From NCBI GenBank assembly GCA_946484175.1, contig CAMLSX010000001.1, positions 7,559 through 71,558 of the forward strand: a DNA stretch of 64,000 nucleotides. The letters run 5' to 3'. The position numbers and the translations under genes were made by a program. The notes beneath the pieces were generated by a model that had not been told where the DNA came from, did no database searches, and saw only the letters and a list, made by a program, of their open reading frames with translations. The first letter of the stretch is position 1, and every line of letters begins with the position of its first letter. Shown here in pieces: positions 8,795 through 17,128 of this stretch. This DNA is from an uncultured Clostridia bacterium. GTDB taxonomy: Bacteria; Bacillota; Clostridia; Oscillospirales; Acutalibacteraceae.

Positions 8795-9493
8795 TCACTC
8801 CTTCACAATCACGGTTGCAAAATATCCGGTGGAATCCTGAGGCTTTTCCTCGCTGAGGTTGGGGAACACCCGCTCATCCGGGAGTCCACAGTTTTGAATC
8901 ATTGCGCTTTTTGCAAGGTCTGCGTGCTCCTCAATGGCCTGCAAGACACCGGGCATCTGGCTGCCGGACTTCATCAGGATTTTATTTCCCGGCCAGCGGA
9001 GGACTTCCTCCAGATTGGAACTGCCGGGGGCAATATGCAGGGGGCTGTTCATTTCCGTCAGGCTGATTCCTAGCCGAGCGGCAATGGCGCAAAAGCTGGG
9101 CACACCGGCCACCATTCTCGTCTCAAAGCCCCGCTCCTTCACGATGTCCATTAAATAGCAGTAGGTGGAATAAATGGACACATCCCCCAAGTTGGGCATA
9201 GCCACATCCTGTCCCTGCTTCAGATAACGGCACACCTCGTCCGCTGCCTTTTCGTGGGCGGCTCTCTGTACCGCCGCATCCCGAGACATAGCAAAATGCA
9301 GGGGCAGAATGGTCTTTCCCGAAACATCCATGGCCTGCCGAACGATGTCTAACGCCAGCATTTCGCCGCTTTTTGTCTGGGGACATGCCAGTACCGGGCA
9401 TTCCCCCATGACCCGTAAGGCCTTTACTGTCAAAAGCTCCGGGTCCCCGGGGCCTACGCCTACACCGTAAAAAATACCTTTTTTCATTTCCAT
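8795..9493 (-). CDS. cbiL: Cobalt-factor II / precorrin-2 C20-methyltransferase
   Basis: The track ORF (to 9748) runs back over cbiD. The conserved protein begins at MEMKKGIFYGVGVGPGDPELLT. Start is ATG 9493, or ATG 9487 which forms an ATGA overlap with the cbiD stop. Confidence 0.85.
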   Translation of the reverse strand: MEMKKGIFYGVGVGPGDPELLTVKALRVMGECPVLACPQTKSGEMLALDIVRQAMDVSGKTILPLHFAMSRDAAVQRAAHEKAADEVCRYLKQGQDVAMPNLGDVSIYSTYCYLMDIVKERGFETRMVAGVPSFCAIAARLGISLTEMNSPLHIAPGSSNLEEVLRWPGNKILMKSGSQMPGVLQAIEEHADLAKSAMIQNCGLPDERVFPNLSEEKPQDSTGYFATVIVKE

Positions 9494-10617
9494 AATTTGA
9501 TGATCTCCTTCGCCATTTGGGTTTGCCCTAACAGGCCATATTGGTTGGAAAACAGCACCGCGCCGATTCGGTATTTTCCCCGAACCCGATGTTCCAGATG
9601 CTGCTGGATGGCTTCCAGCAAGCGATCCAGCACCGGCTGGCGCAGCTGGGCGCTGTCTAAAATTTCGATACACGCATCGGTAGTGGCTGCCTGTAGCAGA
9701 GCAAGGCACGTTTCCGAAGAAGCGCCGCACACAGCAGCATGGGCGCACACCAGTTCCGTGCGGCAGTCCGCATACCGGGAATGGGTGTTCATCACGCCGC
9801 CTGCCAGCTTCACCAGCTTACCGATATGCCCCACCAGCAAAATTTCTGTAAAAGGATGGGTACTGGCAATATCCAGTGCGTCCCCGATAAAATTGGAGCA
9901 CTTGACTACCGGAACCGCATCCCCGGCCATCTGGTTTTCCCGCAGAAAGTCCTCACCGTAATTGCCGGGCGTGAGAATCAGCCGTTTGGCTCCCAATGCT
10001 GCCGCCTGCCGTAGTTCCACGGCGATGGTGTCTACCAGCGCCTGCTCGCTCATAGGCTCCACGATGCCGGAGGTTCCCAAAATGGACAGGCCGCCCTCCA
10101 CTCCCAGCATGGGGTTAAAGGTTTTCTGCGCCGCTTCTTTGCCGCCGGGAATACAGATCAGCACCTCGATTCCGCCGTCATAGCCCAGCGCGTCGCACAC
10201 CTGCTGCACCTGCTCCTCGATCATCCGCCGGGGTACCCGATTGATAGCGGCAAATCCTACCGGCTGGTCTAAACCGGGCTTTGTTACCCGGCCTACCCCT
10301 TCTCCCCCGTCAATGAAGATTCCGGGACGGTAACTTTTTTTCACATGGGCTTCGATGGTCAGGCCGTGGGTCGCGTCGACATCGTCCCCGCCGTCTTTCA
10401 CCACACCGCAGACCGCTGTTTCTTCCTTTATCAATAGAAAAGCGGGAGCGGTTTCCACGGGGATTCCCTTGGGGGTCATGAGAGAGAGGGTTTCCGGCTT
10501 CTTTCCCGAAAGAAGGAACTCTGCTGCCCCTGCCGCCGCCAGCGCCGCACAGGTGCCGGTGGTATATCCGCAGCGCAGCTGCTTCTGGCCGCTGCGGATG
10601 TAGTAGTCCAGTGCCAT
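9484..10617 (-). CDS. cbiD: Cobalt-precorrin-5B (C1)-methyltransferase
   Basis: 377 aa, LRCGYTTGTCAALAAAGAA...GGDDVDATHG...ILGTSGIVEPMS; CbiD hallmarks. Confidence 0.9.
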   Translation of the reverse strand: MALDYYIRSGQKQLRCGYTTGTCAALAAAGAAEFLLSGKKPETLSLMTPKGIPVETAPAFLLIKEETAVCGVVKDGGDDVDATHGLTIEAHVKKSYRPGIFIDGGEGVGRVTKPGLDQPVGFAAINRVPRRMIEEQVQQVCDALGYDGGIEVLICIPGGKEAAQKTFNPMLGVEGGLSILGTSGIVEPMSEQALVDTIAVELRQAAALGAKRLILTPGNYGEDFLRENQMAGDAVPVVKCSNFIGDALDIASTHPFTEILLVGHIGKLVKLAGGVMNTHSRYADCRTELVCAHAAVCGASSETCLALLQAATTDACIEILDSAQLRQPVLDRLLEAIQQHLEHRVRGKYRIGAVLFSNQYGLLGQTQMAKEIIKLWK

Positions 10618-10632
10618 AGTTTCCCTTCTCTC

Positions 10633-11400
10633 TTACTGTAAAAGTTCCTGTAAGTGGCGGCGATACATCTCCTGTACGCCGGGAAGCACGCCCAGCCCCT
10701 GCATGATGCATTCCACTTCATACCCTTCCCGAGTGAGGATGCTTTTCCAGCTGTCTTCTTCGTCCCCGGCCATATCGTTGAGGGCGTGGTCACCCGCTAC
10801 CAGCATCAGGGGCGCGGTGCGGACATGGGTATAATTCCCGGTTTGCAGCTCTTTGCAAATCTCATCAATCTCCGGCCAGCCCTCTACCGTACCCACATAG
10901 ACATCCTTGCGTCCCATCATATGGAACACGGCCTGTATAGCGGGATAAACCACATTGGAAAAATGAGGGGTTCCGTGACCCATGAGCACCAGCGCAGAAT
11001 TTTCCTTTTCGGGGAATTCCTCCGACAGCACCCGGGCCAGCGCCTGTAAATCCCCAGTACCGGAGAGCAGCGGCGCTCCCAGCAGCAGAGCGGGAAAATG
11101 CTTTTTCGCTTCTTCCACACTGGCTTTCAGGCTCTCATATTCCAATCCATATAAAAAGTGGGTGGGCTGAATCACCACACGGTCATAGCTGCCGTCTGTC
11201 AGGTGTTCCAGCGCTTCGTCCATGCTCCACACCGTCTCCCCTTTTTCGGACAGAATCCGGCGGATGGTCTTACTGGTGAACACCCGGTAAAAATCAGCTT
11301 CCGGCATTTCCATGCGCAGGGCTTCCTCTACAGCAGTGATGCTTTTTCTGGCAGCGGGCACGCTGGTGCCAAAGCTGACGCAGAGCAATGCGGTTTTCAT
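10633..11400 (-). CDS. cbiK: Sirohydrochlorin cobaltochelatase (anaerobic type)
   Basis: Trimmed to the ATG at 11398-11400 (MKTALLCVSFGTSVPAARKSI...GHGTPH...), which overlaps the cbiO stop. CbiK family pattern. Confidence 0.85.
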   Translation of the reverse strand: MKTALLCVSFGTSVPAARKSITAVEEALRMEMPEADFYRVFTSKTIRRILSEKGETVWSMDEALEHLTDGSYDRVVIQPTHFLYGLEYESLKASVEEAKKHFPALLLGAPLLSGTGDLQALARVLSEEFPEKENSALVLMGHGTPHFSNVVYPAIQAVFHMMGRKDVYVGTVEGWPEIDEICKELQTGNYTHVRTAPLMLVAGDHALNDMAGDEEDSWKSILTREGYEVECIMQGLGVLPGVQEMYRRHLQELLQ

Positions 11401-12221
11401 TCCGTTTTCCTCCCAATCTGGTAATCTGCAAGTTCTTCCGGGCTTTTGGGCACGGGGATTTTCAGCGCCTTTGCCACTTTCCATAAAATAGGCTGTTCCA
11501 GTCCGCAGCGGGACAGCAGCTCTTCATCCGCAAAAACAGCTTCCGGTTTGTCGTCCCGTTCCAGCCGTCCGCCATGAAAGACCAGCACCCGGTCTGCCCA
11601 TCGCCAGGCAAAATCCACGTCGTGGGTGGCTACAGCCAGCGCCATTCCCTTCCGGTGAAGGGTTTCCAGCGTTTCTTCCAACAGCTGCCGCCCTGCCGGG
11701 TCCAGATTGCTGGAAGGCTCGTCCAGCAGCATTAGCTTCGGTTCCATGGCCAGAATATCGGCAATGGCCACCCGGCGCTTTTCTCCGCCGGAAAGATATT
11801 GGGGGCCGCGGCTACGGTAGCGTGTCAGCCCCAGGCTTTCCAGCGCCATTTCCACCCGGCGGCAGACTTCCTCTTCCGGAAGTCCCAGATTCATGGGACC
11901 AAAGCTGATTTCTTCCTCCACGGTACCCGCCAGCAGCTGGACATCCGGGTCTTGAAATACCAGTCCCACTGTCCGGCGAAGGGCCATCCGCTGCTTTTCC
12001 CGCTTGCCGATAGGGGTTCCCTCCAGCACCACGGTTCCGCTTCCAGGCGAAAGCACACCGTTTGCCAGCAGAAAAAAGGTGGATTTTCCCGCGCCGTTGC
12101 TTCCCAATACGGCAATTTTTTCACCTTCGTACAGACAAACGGAAAGAGGAAACAGGGCTTCCCGCTCTTCCCCGCTGTCATATTGATAGGAAACCTGCTC
12201 AAACCGAAGCAGTTCTTTCAT
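11397..12221 (-). CDS. cbiO: Cobalt ECF transporter ATPase component
   Basis: 274 aa. Walker A GSNGAGKST, ABC signature LSGGEKRRVAIA, Walker B LMLLDEP. Lies downstream of cbiMNQ. Confidence 0.9.
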   Translation of the reverse strand: MKELLRFEQVSYQYDSGEEREALFPLSVCLYEGEKIAVLGSNGAGKSTFFLLANGVLSPGSGTVVLEGTPIGKREKQRMALRRTVGLVFQDPDVQLLAGTVEEEISFGPMNLGLPEEEVCRRVEMALESLGLTRYRSRGPQYLSGGEKRRVAIADILAMEPKLMLLDEPSSNLDPAGRQLLEETLETLHRKGMALAVATHDVDFAWRWADRVLVFHGGRLERDDKPEAVFADEELLSRCGLEQPILWKVAKALKIPVPKSPEELADYQIGRKTE

Positions 12222-12239
12222 ACGCTACAATCTTCTCCT

Positions 12240-13148
12240 TTAAAAACCAAACCATACGCCGGCCAGCATTCCCAACACCGGAAGAACCAGCAGACCGACA
12301 ACTTTAGCCGTTACCCGCTTTTTTTCGGTAAGAAACGCGATCTGCCCGGTATAGCAGCGGCTCTCCATGGCGTCAAAACAGGCACCAGCCCGGCGAAAGC
12401 TATTGGCCAGCAGCCCTCCATATACCAGTCCGGTGGTGCGCAGGCTCCGTTTCAGCCCCCGGTATCCCAACCGGCTGGCGGCAGAATCCTTCATGTCCCG
12501 GAAGGTGGCCAGCAAAATGAAAATATATCGATAAATCAGCACCGCCAGCTCCACCATAATGGCGGGAACGTGTACCCGCCGCAGCACGGCCAGCAGCTCC
12601 GGCAGCGGCGTGGACAGGCTGAGGAAATACAGACAGCTCACCGCTCCCAGTGCCCGGGACAGCACCAGCATGGCCAGAGATTGGGCAGCAGGCAGTACCG
12701 CCAGCCAGCCCCCAAAAAAGGGCAGATACAGCACGGCTTTTTCCGGCAGTTTTGAGGTATAATCCCACAACAGCGTCAGTCCCGACAACAGCAGGAACAC
12801 ACCGGGCAATGTCAGCAAAGACAGGTAGGTGCGGAGTCTGATTCCTCCCGCCGCCACGGTCACGGCGGACAAAAAGACAAACAGGCAAAGGGGCGGAACC
12901 GGCGATTGACAGCAGATACACAGCACCAACAGCACTAGACTGACGCCTGTTTTAAACGCGGCGTTTTCCCGGCAAAGCCGGGAACGCCGCGCATAGACAT
13001 CCATGGTCAAAACACCGTCGTGATGGTGTCCGCCTGCCAGCAGGAAAAAAAGCACCACCCCGAGACAGACGGCCGCCAGCCACACAAGCGGCAGCTGTCC
13101 CGCAAACAGGCTGAAGAAAACCAGCCCTGCCAGAATCCCGGCGATCAC
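12240..13148 (-). CDS. cbiQ: Cobalt ECF transporter T component, with a ~48-aa N-terminal extension
   Basis: 302-aa polytopic membrane ORF whose ATG overlaps the cbiN stop (ATGA). The canonical CbiQ N-terminus (MDVYARRSRL...) corresponds to codon 49. The extension is hydrophobic and ends in GGHHHDG. Confidence 0.8.
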   Translation of the reverse strand: MIAGILAGLVFFSLFAGQLPLVWLAAVCLGVVLFFLLAGGHHHDGVLTMDVYARRSRLCRENAAFKTGVSLVLLVLCICCQSPVPPLCLFVFLSAVTVAAGGIRLRTYLSLLTLPGVFLLLSGLTLLWDYTSKLPEKAVLYLPFFGGWLAVLPAAQSLAMLVLSRALGAVSCLYFLSLSTPLPELLAVLRRVHVPAIMVELAVLIYRYIFILLATFRDMKDSAASRLGYRGLKRSLRTTGLVYGGLLANSFRRAGACFDAMESRCYTGQIAFLTEKKRVTAKVVGLLVLPVLGMLAGVWFGF

Positions 13149-13489
13149 GGAGTCTCCTCCTGATTCGAAGGCTTCTCCTGCTGCATTCCGCCATATTTTT
13201 TACGGGCTACCAGATACCCGAAGTCAAATGCCAGCACGCCGACGCCCAGACCAGTCTGGATGCAGAAAAACAGGCTTTCCACTTCTCCGGGCAGCTCCCC
13301 GCCCAGCACCTGTTCCAACACCGGGGTAAACCAGGGCTCATACTCTTTTCCGGTAACCTCTTCCACCTTGACGCTTCCTGCATCGTCACTGCCGCCGAAT
13401 TCCGCGTCTTTCAATGCAAACAGCGGCGCAAGGGCCAGCACAACGACAGCCAGCAGGGAAACCAGAACGATTTTTGTATTCCGGCTCAT
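13145..13489 (-). CDS. cbiN: Cobalt transport protein CbiN
   Basis: 114 aa, with N- and C-terminal TM helices. LKDAEFGGSDDAG...YEPWF...GEVESLFF pattern, located between cbiM and cbiQ. Confidence 0.88.
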   Translation of the reverse strand: MSRNTKIVLVSLLAVVVLALAPLFALKDAEFGGSDDAGSVKVEEVTGKEYEPWFTPVLEQVLGGELPGEVESLFFCIQTGLGVGVLAFDFGYLVARKKYGGMQQEKPSNQEETP

Positions 13490-14241
13490 CTGAACAACCC
13501 CCTTTTCACAGAACGAAGCTCGTGGAGCTCGGTTTTGGCATAGGTTTCCAGACCAATCATCACCAGCATGGTGAGAATGCCTTCAATCACAGCCAGAGGC
13601 AGCTGCGTAGGGGCGAACACTGCCAGAAACTCCACGGCACTTGCCCAGAATCCGCCTTCCGCGCTGGGGTAGGCCATAGCCAGCTGAATACTGGTCACGC
13701 AATACGTCAGCAGGTCGCCCAGCATGGCAGCCAGAAACACGTTGAGCAGCTTGGGCAGCTTGAGCTTTTTACCGGCCTGATACAATCCCCAGGCCAGCAG
13801 CGGGCCGGCGATGGCCATACTGAAAGTATTGGCACCCAGAGTGGTCAGACCGCCGTGAGCTAGGAGCAGTGCCTGGAACACCAGCACAATCACGCCCAAC
13901 ACCGAGGTGGTGGAAACGCCGAAGAGAATGGCCCCCAGACCGGTGCCGGTCATGTGGCTGCAGCTGCCGGTGACAGAGGGGATTTTCAGCGACGAAATGA
14001 CAAAAATAAATGCGCCCGCCATTGCCAGCAGCAAAATGGATTTGCGGTGCTGCTGTACCAGCCGGCGGATGGCGATGACACCCGCAGCCAGAAACGGGAT
14101 GCAGACAGCGCCCCACGCTATACAGAACGCAGGGGGCAAATATCCTTCCATGATGTGCATGGCCGACGCGGTCTGGGGTACACAGAGCACGAGGCTTGCC
14201 GCCACGGAGAAGGACATGATCTTTTTTTCCATTGTGGTCAT
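13486..14241 (-). CDS. cbiM: Cobalt ECF transporter substrate-capture component CbiM
   Basis: 251 aa. A signal-like N-terminus followed by MHIMEGYLP, the conserved CbiM/NikM mature N-terminus, then multiple TM helices. Confidence 0.9.
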   Translation of the reverse strand: MTTMEKKIMSFSVAASLVLCVPQTASAMHIMEGYLPPAFCIAWGAVCIPFLAAGVIAIRRLVQQHRKSILLLAMAGAFIFVISSLKIPSVTGSCSHMTGTGLGAILFGVSTTSVLGVIVLVFQALLLAHGGLTTLGANTFSMAIAGPLLAWGLYQAGKKLKLPKLLNVFLAAMLGDLLTYCVTSIQLAMAYPSAEGGFWASAVEFLAVFAPTQLPLAVIEGILTMLVMIGLETYAKTELHELRSVKRGLFR

Positions 14242-14261
14242 GTTGATTCCTCCATTTTGTA

Positions 14262-14545
14262 AAGTAAAATAAAAATGACCCTTCTCAAAACAACTTGAGA
14301 AAGGTCAGAAAACCAGAGGGTTCTCCCTCCGGTTTCACCATGAAGGCGTTTAGTCCGTCCGCCTCATGATTTCTGCCCTTTCGGCAGTTATAGAATACAA
14401 GGCAGGTCTTCCGGCTCAGGCGTCATTGCTTCGATTTTGTCTTCCCATGTGTACCCACAGTGACATTTATTAAACCGAAGCTCTTCCATTACGGCGGCGG
14501 TCCCGCACGGGAATTTCACCCGTTTCCCTATTATACCGGTCAACT
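14262..14545 (-). promoter_or_regulatory. Cobalamin (B12) riboswitch with terminator-type expression platform, leader of cbiMNQO-cbiKDLF...
   Basis: The minus strand reads AATAGGGAAACGGGTGAAATTCCCGTGCGGGACCGCCGCCGTAATGG...CACTGTGGG...GGGAAG. It has the B12 box GCCGGAAGACCTGCC (14401-14417). Two hairpin+U-tract structures follow (about 14318-14345 and 14262-14300) before the cbiM RBS. Confidence 0.88.
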
Positions 14546-14573
14546 AAGCAGTTACCGGTCACCTTTTATTCCA

Positions 14574-14601
14574 AATATGAGAATACTATATTCCTTGTCA
14601 A
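14574..14601 (-). promoter_or_regulatory. Putative sigma-70 promoter of the riboswitch-cbiM operon
   Basis: Minus strand TTGACA (14596-14601), 16-nt spacer, CATATT (14574-14579), about 20-30 nt upstream of the riboswitch core. Confidence 0.45.
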
Positions 14602-14650
14602 ATTTCAATGGACAAATCCATGTAAAAATTTTGTCATAGATTTTCCAATC

Positions 14651-15274
14651 TTACCGCATGATTTGATACAGAAGCGCATTACAGATTGCAGCGGCCACGT
14701 TGCTGCCGCCTTTACGTCCTCTGGCTACGATATGCGGAACCTCTGAATCGAGTATCAGTTCCTTGCTCTCTACTACGTTTACAAAACCCACCGGCACACC
14801 GATGATCAGCGCCGGATGGAGCGTTCCCGCCTGAATCTGTTCGTGAAGGGAGATCAGCGCGGTGGGCGCGTTTCCGATCGCAAAGATACAGGGTTTAGAA
14901 AGTTTTGCAGCTCTTTCCATGGAGACAATGGCGCGAGTAATGCCCCGCTCTTTTGCTTCTGCGGCCACATCCGGGTCGGACATAAAGCAGTGGACTTCTC
15001 CGCCCAGCTTTCCCAAAATGGTCTTGTTAATGCCGGCTTTTGCCATCTGAGTATCGGTCACGATGTCACAGCCTCCGCGAAGGGCTTCGATTCCTTTTTG
15101 CACTGCATGTTCTGAAAACACCAAATTATCCGCATAGTCAAAATCAGCAGAGGTATGGATGACCCGTTTGATAACCAGCTCGTTTTCCGGGCTCAGCTTC
15201 CGATCTCCCAACAATTCCGTGATAATCTCAAAGCTTCGTTTTTCAATGTCCATGGGCTTGATCTGTTCAATCAT
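14651..15274 (-). CDS. cbiC: Cobalt-precorrin-8 methylmutase
   Basis: Trimmed to the ATG at 15272-15274 (MIEQIKPMDIEKRSFEII...VIHTSADFDY...GNAPTAL), which has a GGAAGGAG RBS. CbiC/CobH signature. Confidence 0.88.
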   Translation of the reverse strand: MIEQIKPMDIEKRSFEIITELLGDRKLSPENELVIKRVIHTSADFDYADNLVFSEHAVQKGIEALRGGCDIVTDTQMAKAGINKTILGKLGGEVHCFMSDPDVAAEAKERGITRAIVSMERAAKLSKPCIFAIGNAPTALISLHEQIQAGTLHPALIIGVPVGFVNVVESKELILDSEVPHIVARGRKGGSNVAAAICNALLYQIMR

Positions 15275-15350
15275 AATTCCGTAAACTCCTTCCACCCTGT
15301 AAAACAGATTTGATTTTTGTGCAATCGCACCCGAACTCAAATTGTCTTTT

Positions 15351-15378
15351 ATTGTATGCATGAGAATCTTTTTTGTCA
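15351..15378 (-). promoter_or_regulatory. Putative sigma-70 promoter of cbiC
   Basis: Minus strand TTGACA (15373-15378), 17-nt spacer, TACAAT (15351-15356). Confidence 0.55.
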
Positions 15379-15463
15379 ACTAAAGGTTTCAAAAACGGAA
15401 TTGCAAAATCTGCACCTGCAAAATGTGCAAAATCACGGTTCTCTTCTTCGTGAGAAAAAATTC

Positions 15464-15492
15464 TTTACATCGCTGCAGAAACCTGCTACAAT
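15464..15492 (+). promoter_or_regulatory. Putative upstream promoter (P1) of the hem operon leader
   Basis: TTTACA, 17 nt, TACAAT on the plus strand. Confidence 0.4.
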
Positions 15493-15530
15493 GAGCCCGA
15501 TTTTCCTGTTTTACGGGAATTCCCCTTGTG

Positions 15531-15559
15531 TTGACAAATATTTTGCGGGTTGTTATAAT
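15531..15559 (+). promoter_or_regulatory. Consensus sigma-70 promoter (P2) of the riboswitch-hemA operon
   Basis: Perfect TTGACA (15531-15536), 17-nt spacer, TATAAT (15554-15559), about 30 nt upstream of the riboswitch. Confidence 0.7.
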
Positions 15560-15589
15560 CAAAACAATTTCATACTGCTTAAGTGCTGC

Positions 15590-15856
15590 TGAACTCGTCC
15601 AGACTCAGCAGAGAATAGGAAATCCGGTGAAAATCCGGAACGGTACCGCCACTGTATGTGCGTAGGCTTCACACACGACGAAAGTCAGTCATTGGGAGTA
15701 TTCCTGAGAAGGCTGTGTGCTGGCTGAGGAGGCACAAGTCAGGAGACCTGCTTAAAGCGACTTGCTTCCGCCAGACCCGACGGACTATCGGGAAAGCGGA
15801 ACTTTTGGCGCGAAAAAACGGCTGCGGCAGTGTTCCTACTGTCGCAGCTTTTTCCA
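15590..15856 (+). promoter_or_regulatory. Cobalamin (B12) riboswitch with intrinsic terminator, leader of hemA operon
   Basis: AATAGGAAATCCGGTGAAAATCCGGAACGGTACCGCCACTGTA core. B12 box AAGTCAGGAGACCTGC (15736-15751). Terminator hairpin GCTGCGGCAGT-GTTCCT-ACTGTCGCAGC followed by TTTTT (15821-15856). Confidence 0.9.
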
Positions 15857-15913
15857 TAAAAAGGTCTGTTCATTTTAGTTGCCAGCAATATCGATCAGGA
15901 GCGTGAGTCTACT

Positions 15914-17113
15914 GTGAATATCATCATGTCAGGTCTGGAACACAGTCTGGCCCCAATCAGCCTACGGGAACAACTTTCTTTTACCAAACTCCAAACCGCG
16001 GAGATGGTGCGTACCATCCGGCCGTTCCCCCATGTAGCAGGGTGTGTGTTGATCTCCACCTGCAACCGGACGGAACTGTATCTTTCCTGCACACAAGAGG
16101 AAAATCCCGGCCAACTGCTATGTCAGGCGGCAGGCACTGAATATGCCCCTTATCAGGACGCCTTTGTCACCCTCTCTGGAAAAAAGGCGGTGGAACATCT
16201 CATGGAAGTTGCAGCAGGTCTCCGTTCCCGCATCTGGGGGGAGGATCAAATCATCTCTCAGGTAAAAGGCGCTATTGCGATTGCTCGTGAAGTTGGAGCT
16301 ACTGACTCTGTTTTGGAAACCCTGTTCCGCTCCGCCATTTCTGCTGGAAAAGAAGTACGAGCTAAAGTGCGGCTTACCGCCGTTCCCACCTCTGCCGCCA
16401 GCATGGCTGTGGCTCTGTTGCAGGAAAAGCTGGGAGAATTGAAAGACAAAAAAGCGCTTGTCATCGGCAACGGGGAAATGGGCCGGCTTTCCGCCTCCCT
16501 GCTGTATCAGGAAGGCTGTCAGGTTTCCGTGACCCTACGCACCTATCATCATGGAGAAACCATCGTGCCGCCGGGATGCGGCGTGGTGCCCTATGAGGAA
16601 CGATTCCAGCATATGGAGGACTGCGATATTTTACTTTCCGCTACCACCAGCCCCCACTACACGGTGACTGTGGAGCAGTTGAAGGGGCTTCCCTCCCTCC
16701 CGGCTGTCATGGTAGATTTGGCTATTCCCCGTGATATCCAGCCGGAGGTGGGGAAGTTGCCCGGCGTTTCTCTCTATAATATCGACGATTTGGGAAGTTA
16801 TCTGGAAAATCGCACTGTTCCCCAGGAAGTGACAGACATTTTGCAGGCCCAGATGGAGAACTTTACCCGCTGGCTCAACTATAAGGACTGCATGACCTCG
16901 GTGGAAAGCTTGAAACAGGCCATTGTCAACCGGCTTCTCACCGCAAAAGAGCTGAATGAAGAACTGACGGAAGCGGAAATCATCGAACTGTCTGTGAACA
17001 AGACCGTTGATCTGCTGGTCACCGGACTGGCGGAACGCATTACCTCCGAAAACCTGATGAAGTGTGAGAGCAAAATCCGCCTGCACACCACTGGCCGCCC
17101 GGTGGTCTCCTGA
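15914..17113 (+). CDS. hemA: Glutamyl-tRNA reductase
   Basis: 399 aa, GTG start 10 nt after AGGAGCG. Contains ISTCNRTELY (catalytic Cys motif) and an NADPH-binding GNGEMG. Confidence 0.9.
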   Translation: MNIIMSGLEHSLAPISLREQLSFTKLQTAEMVRTIRPFPHVAGCVLISTCNRTELYLSCTQEENPGQLLCQAAGTEYAPYQDAFVTLSGKKAVEHLMEVAAGLRSRIWGEDQIISQVKGAIAIAREVGATDSVLETLFRSAISAGKEVRAKVRLTAVPTSAASMAVALLQEKLGELKDKKALVIGNGEMGRLSASLLYQEGCQVSVTLRTYHHGETIVPPGCGVVPYEERFQHMEDCDILLSATTSPHYTVTVEQLKGLPSLPAVMVDLAIPRDIQPEVGKLPGVSLYNIDDLGSYLENRTVPQEVTDILQAQMENFTRWLNYKDCMTSVESLKQAIVNRLLTAKELNEELTEAEIIELSVNKTVDLLVTGLAERITSENLMKCESKIRLHTTGRPVVS

Positions 17114-17128
17114 GAAAGAAGGACGCAT

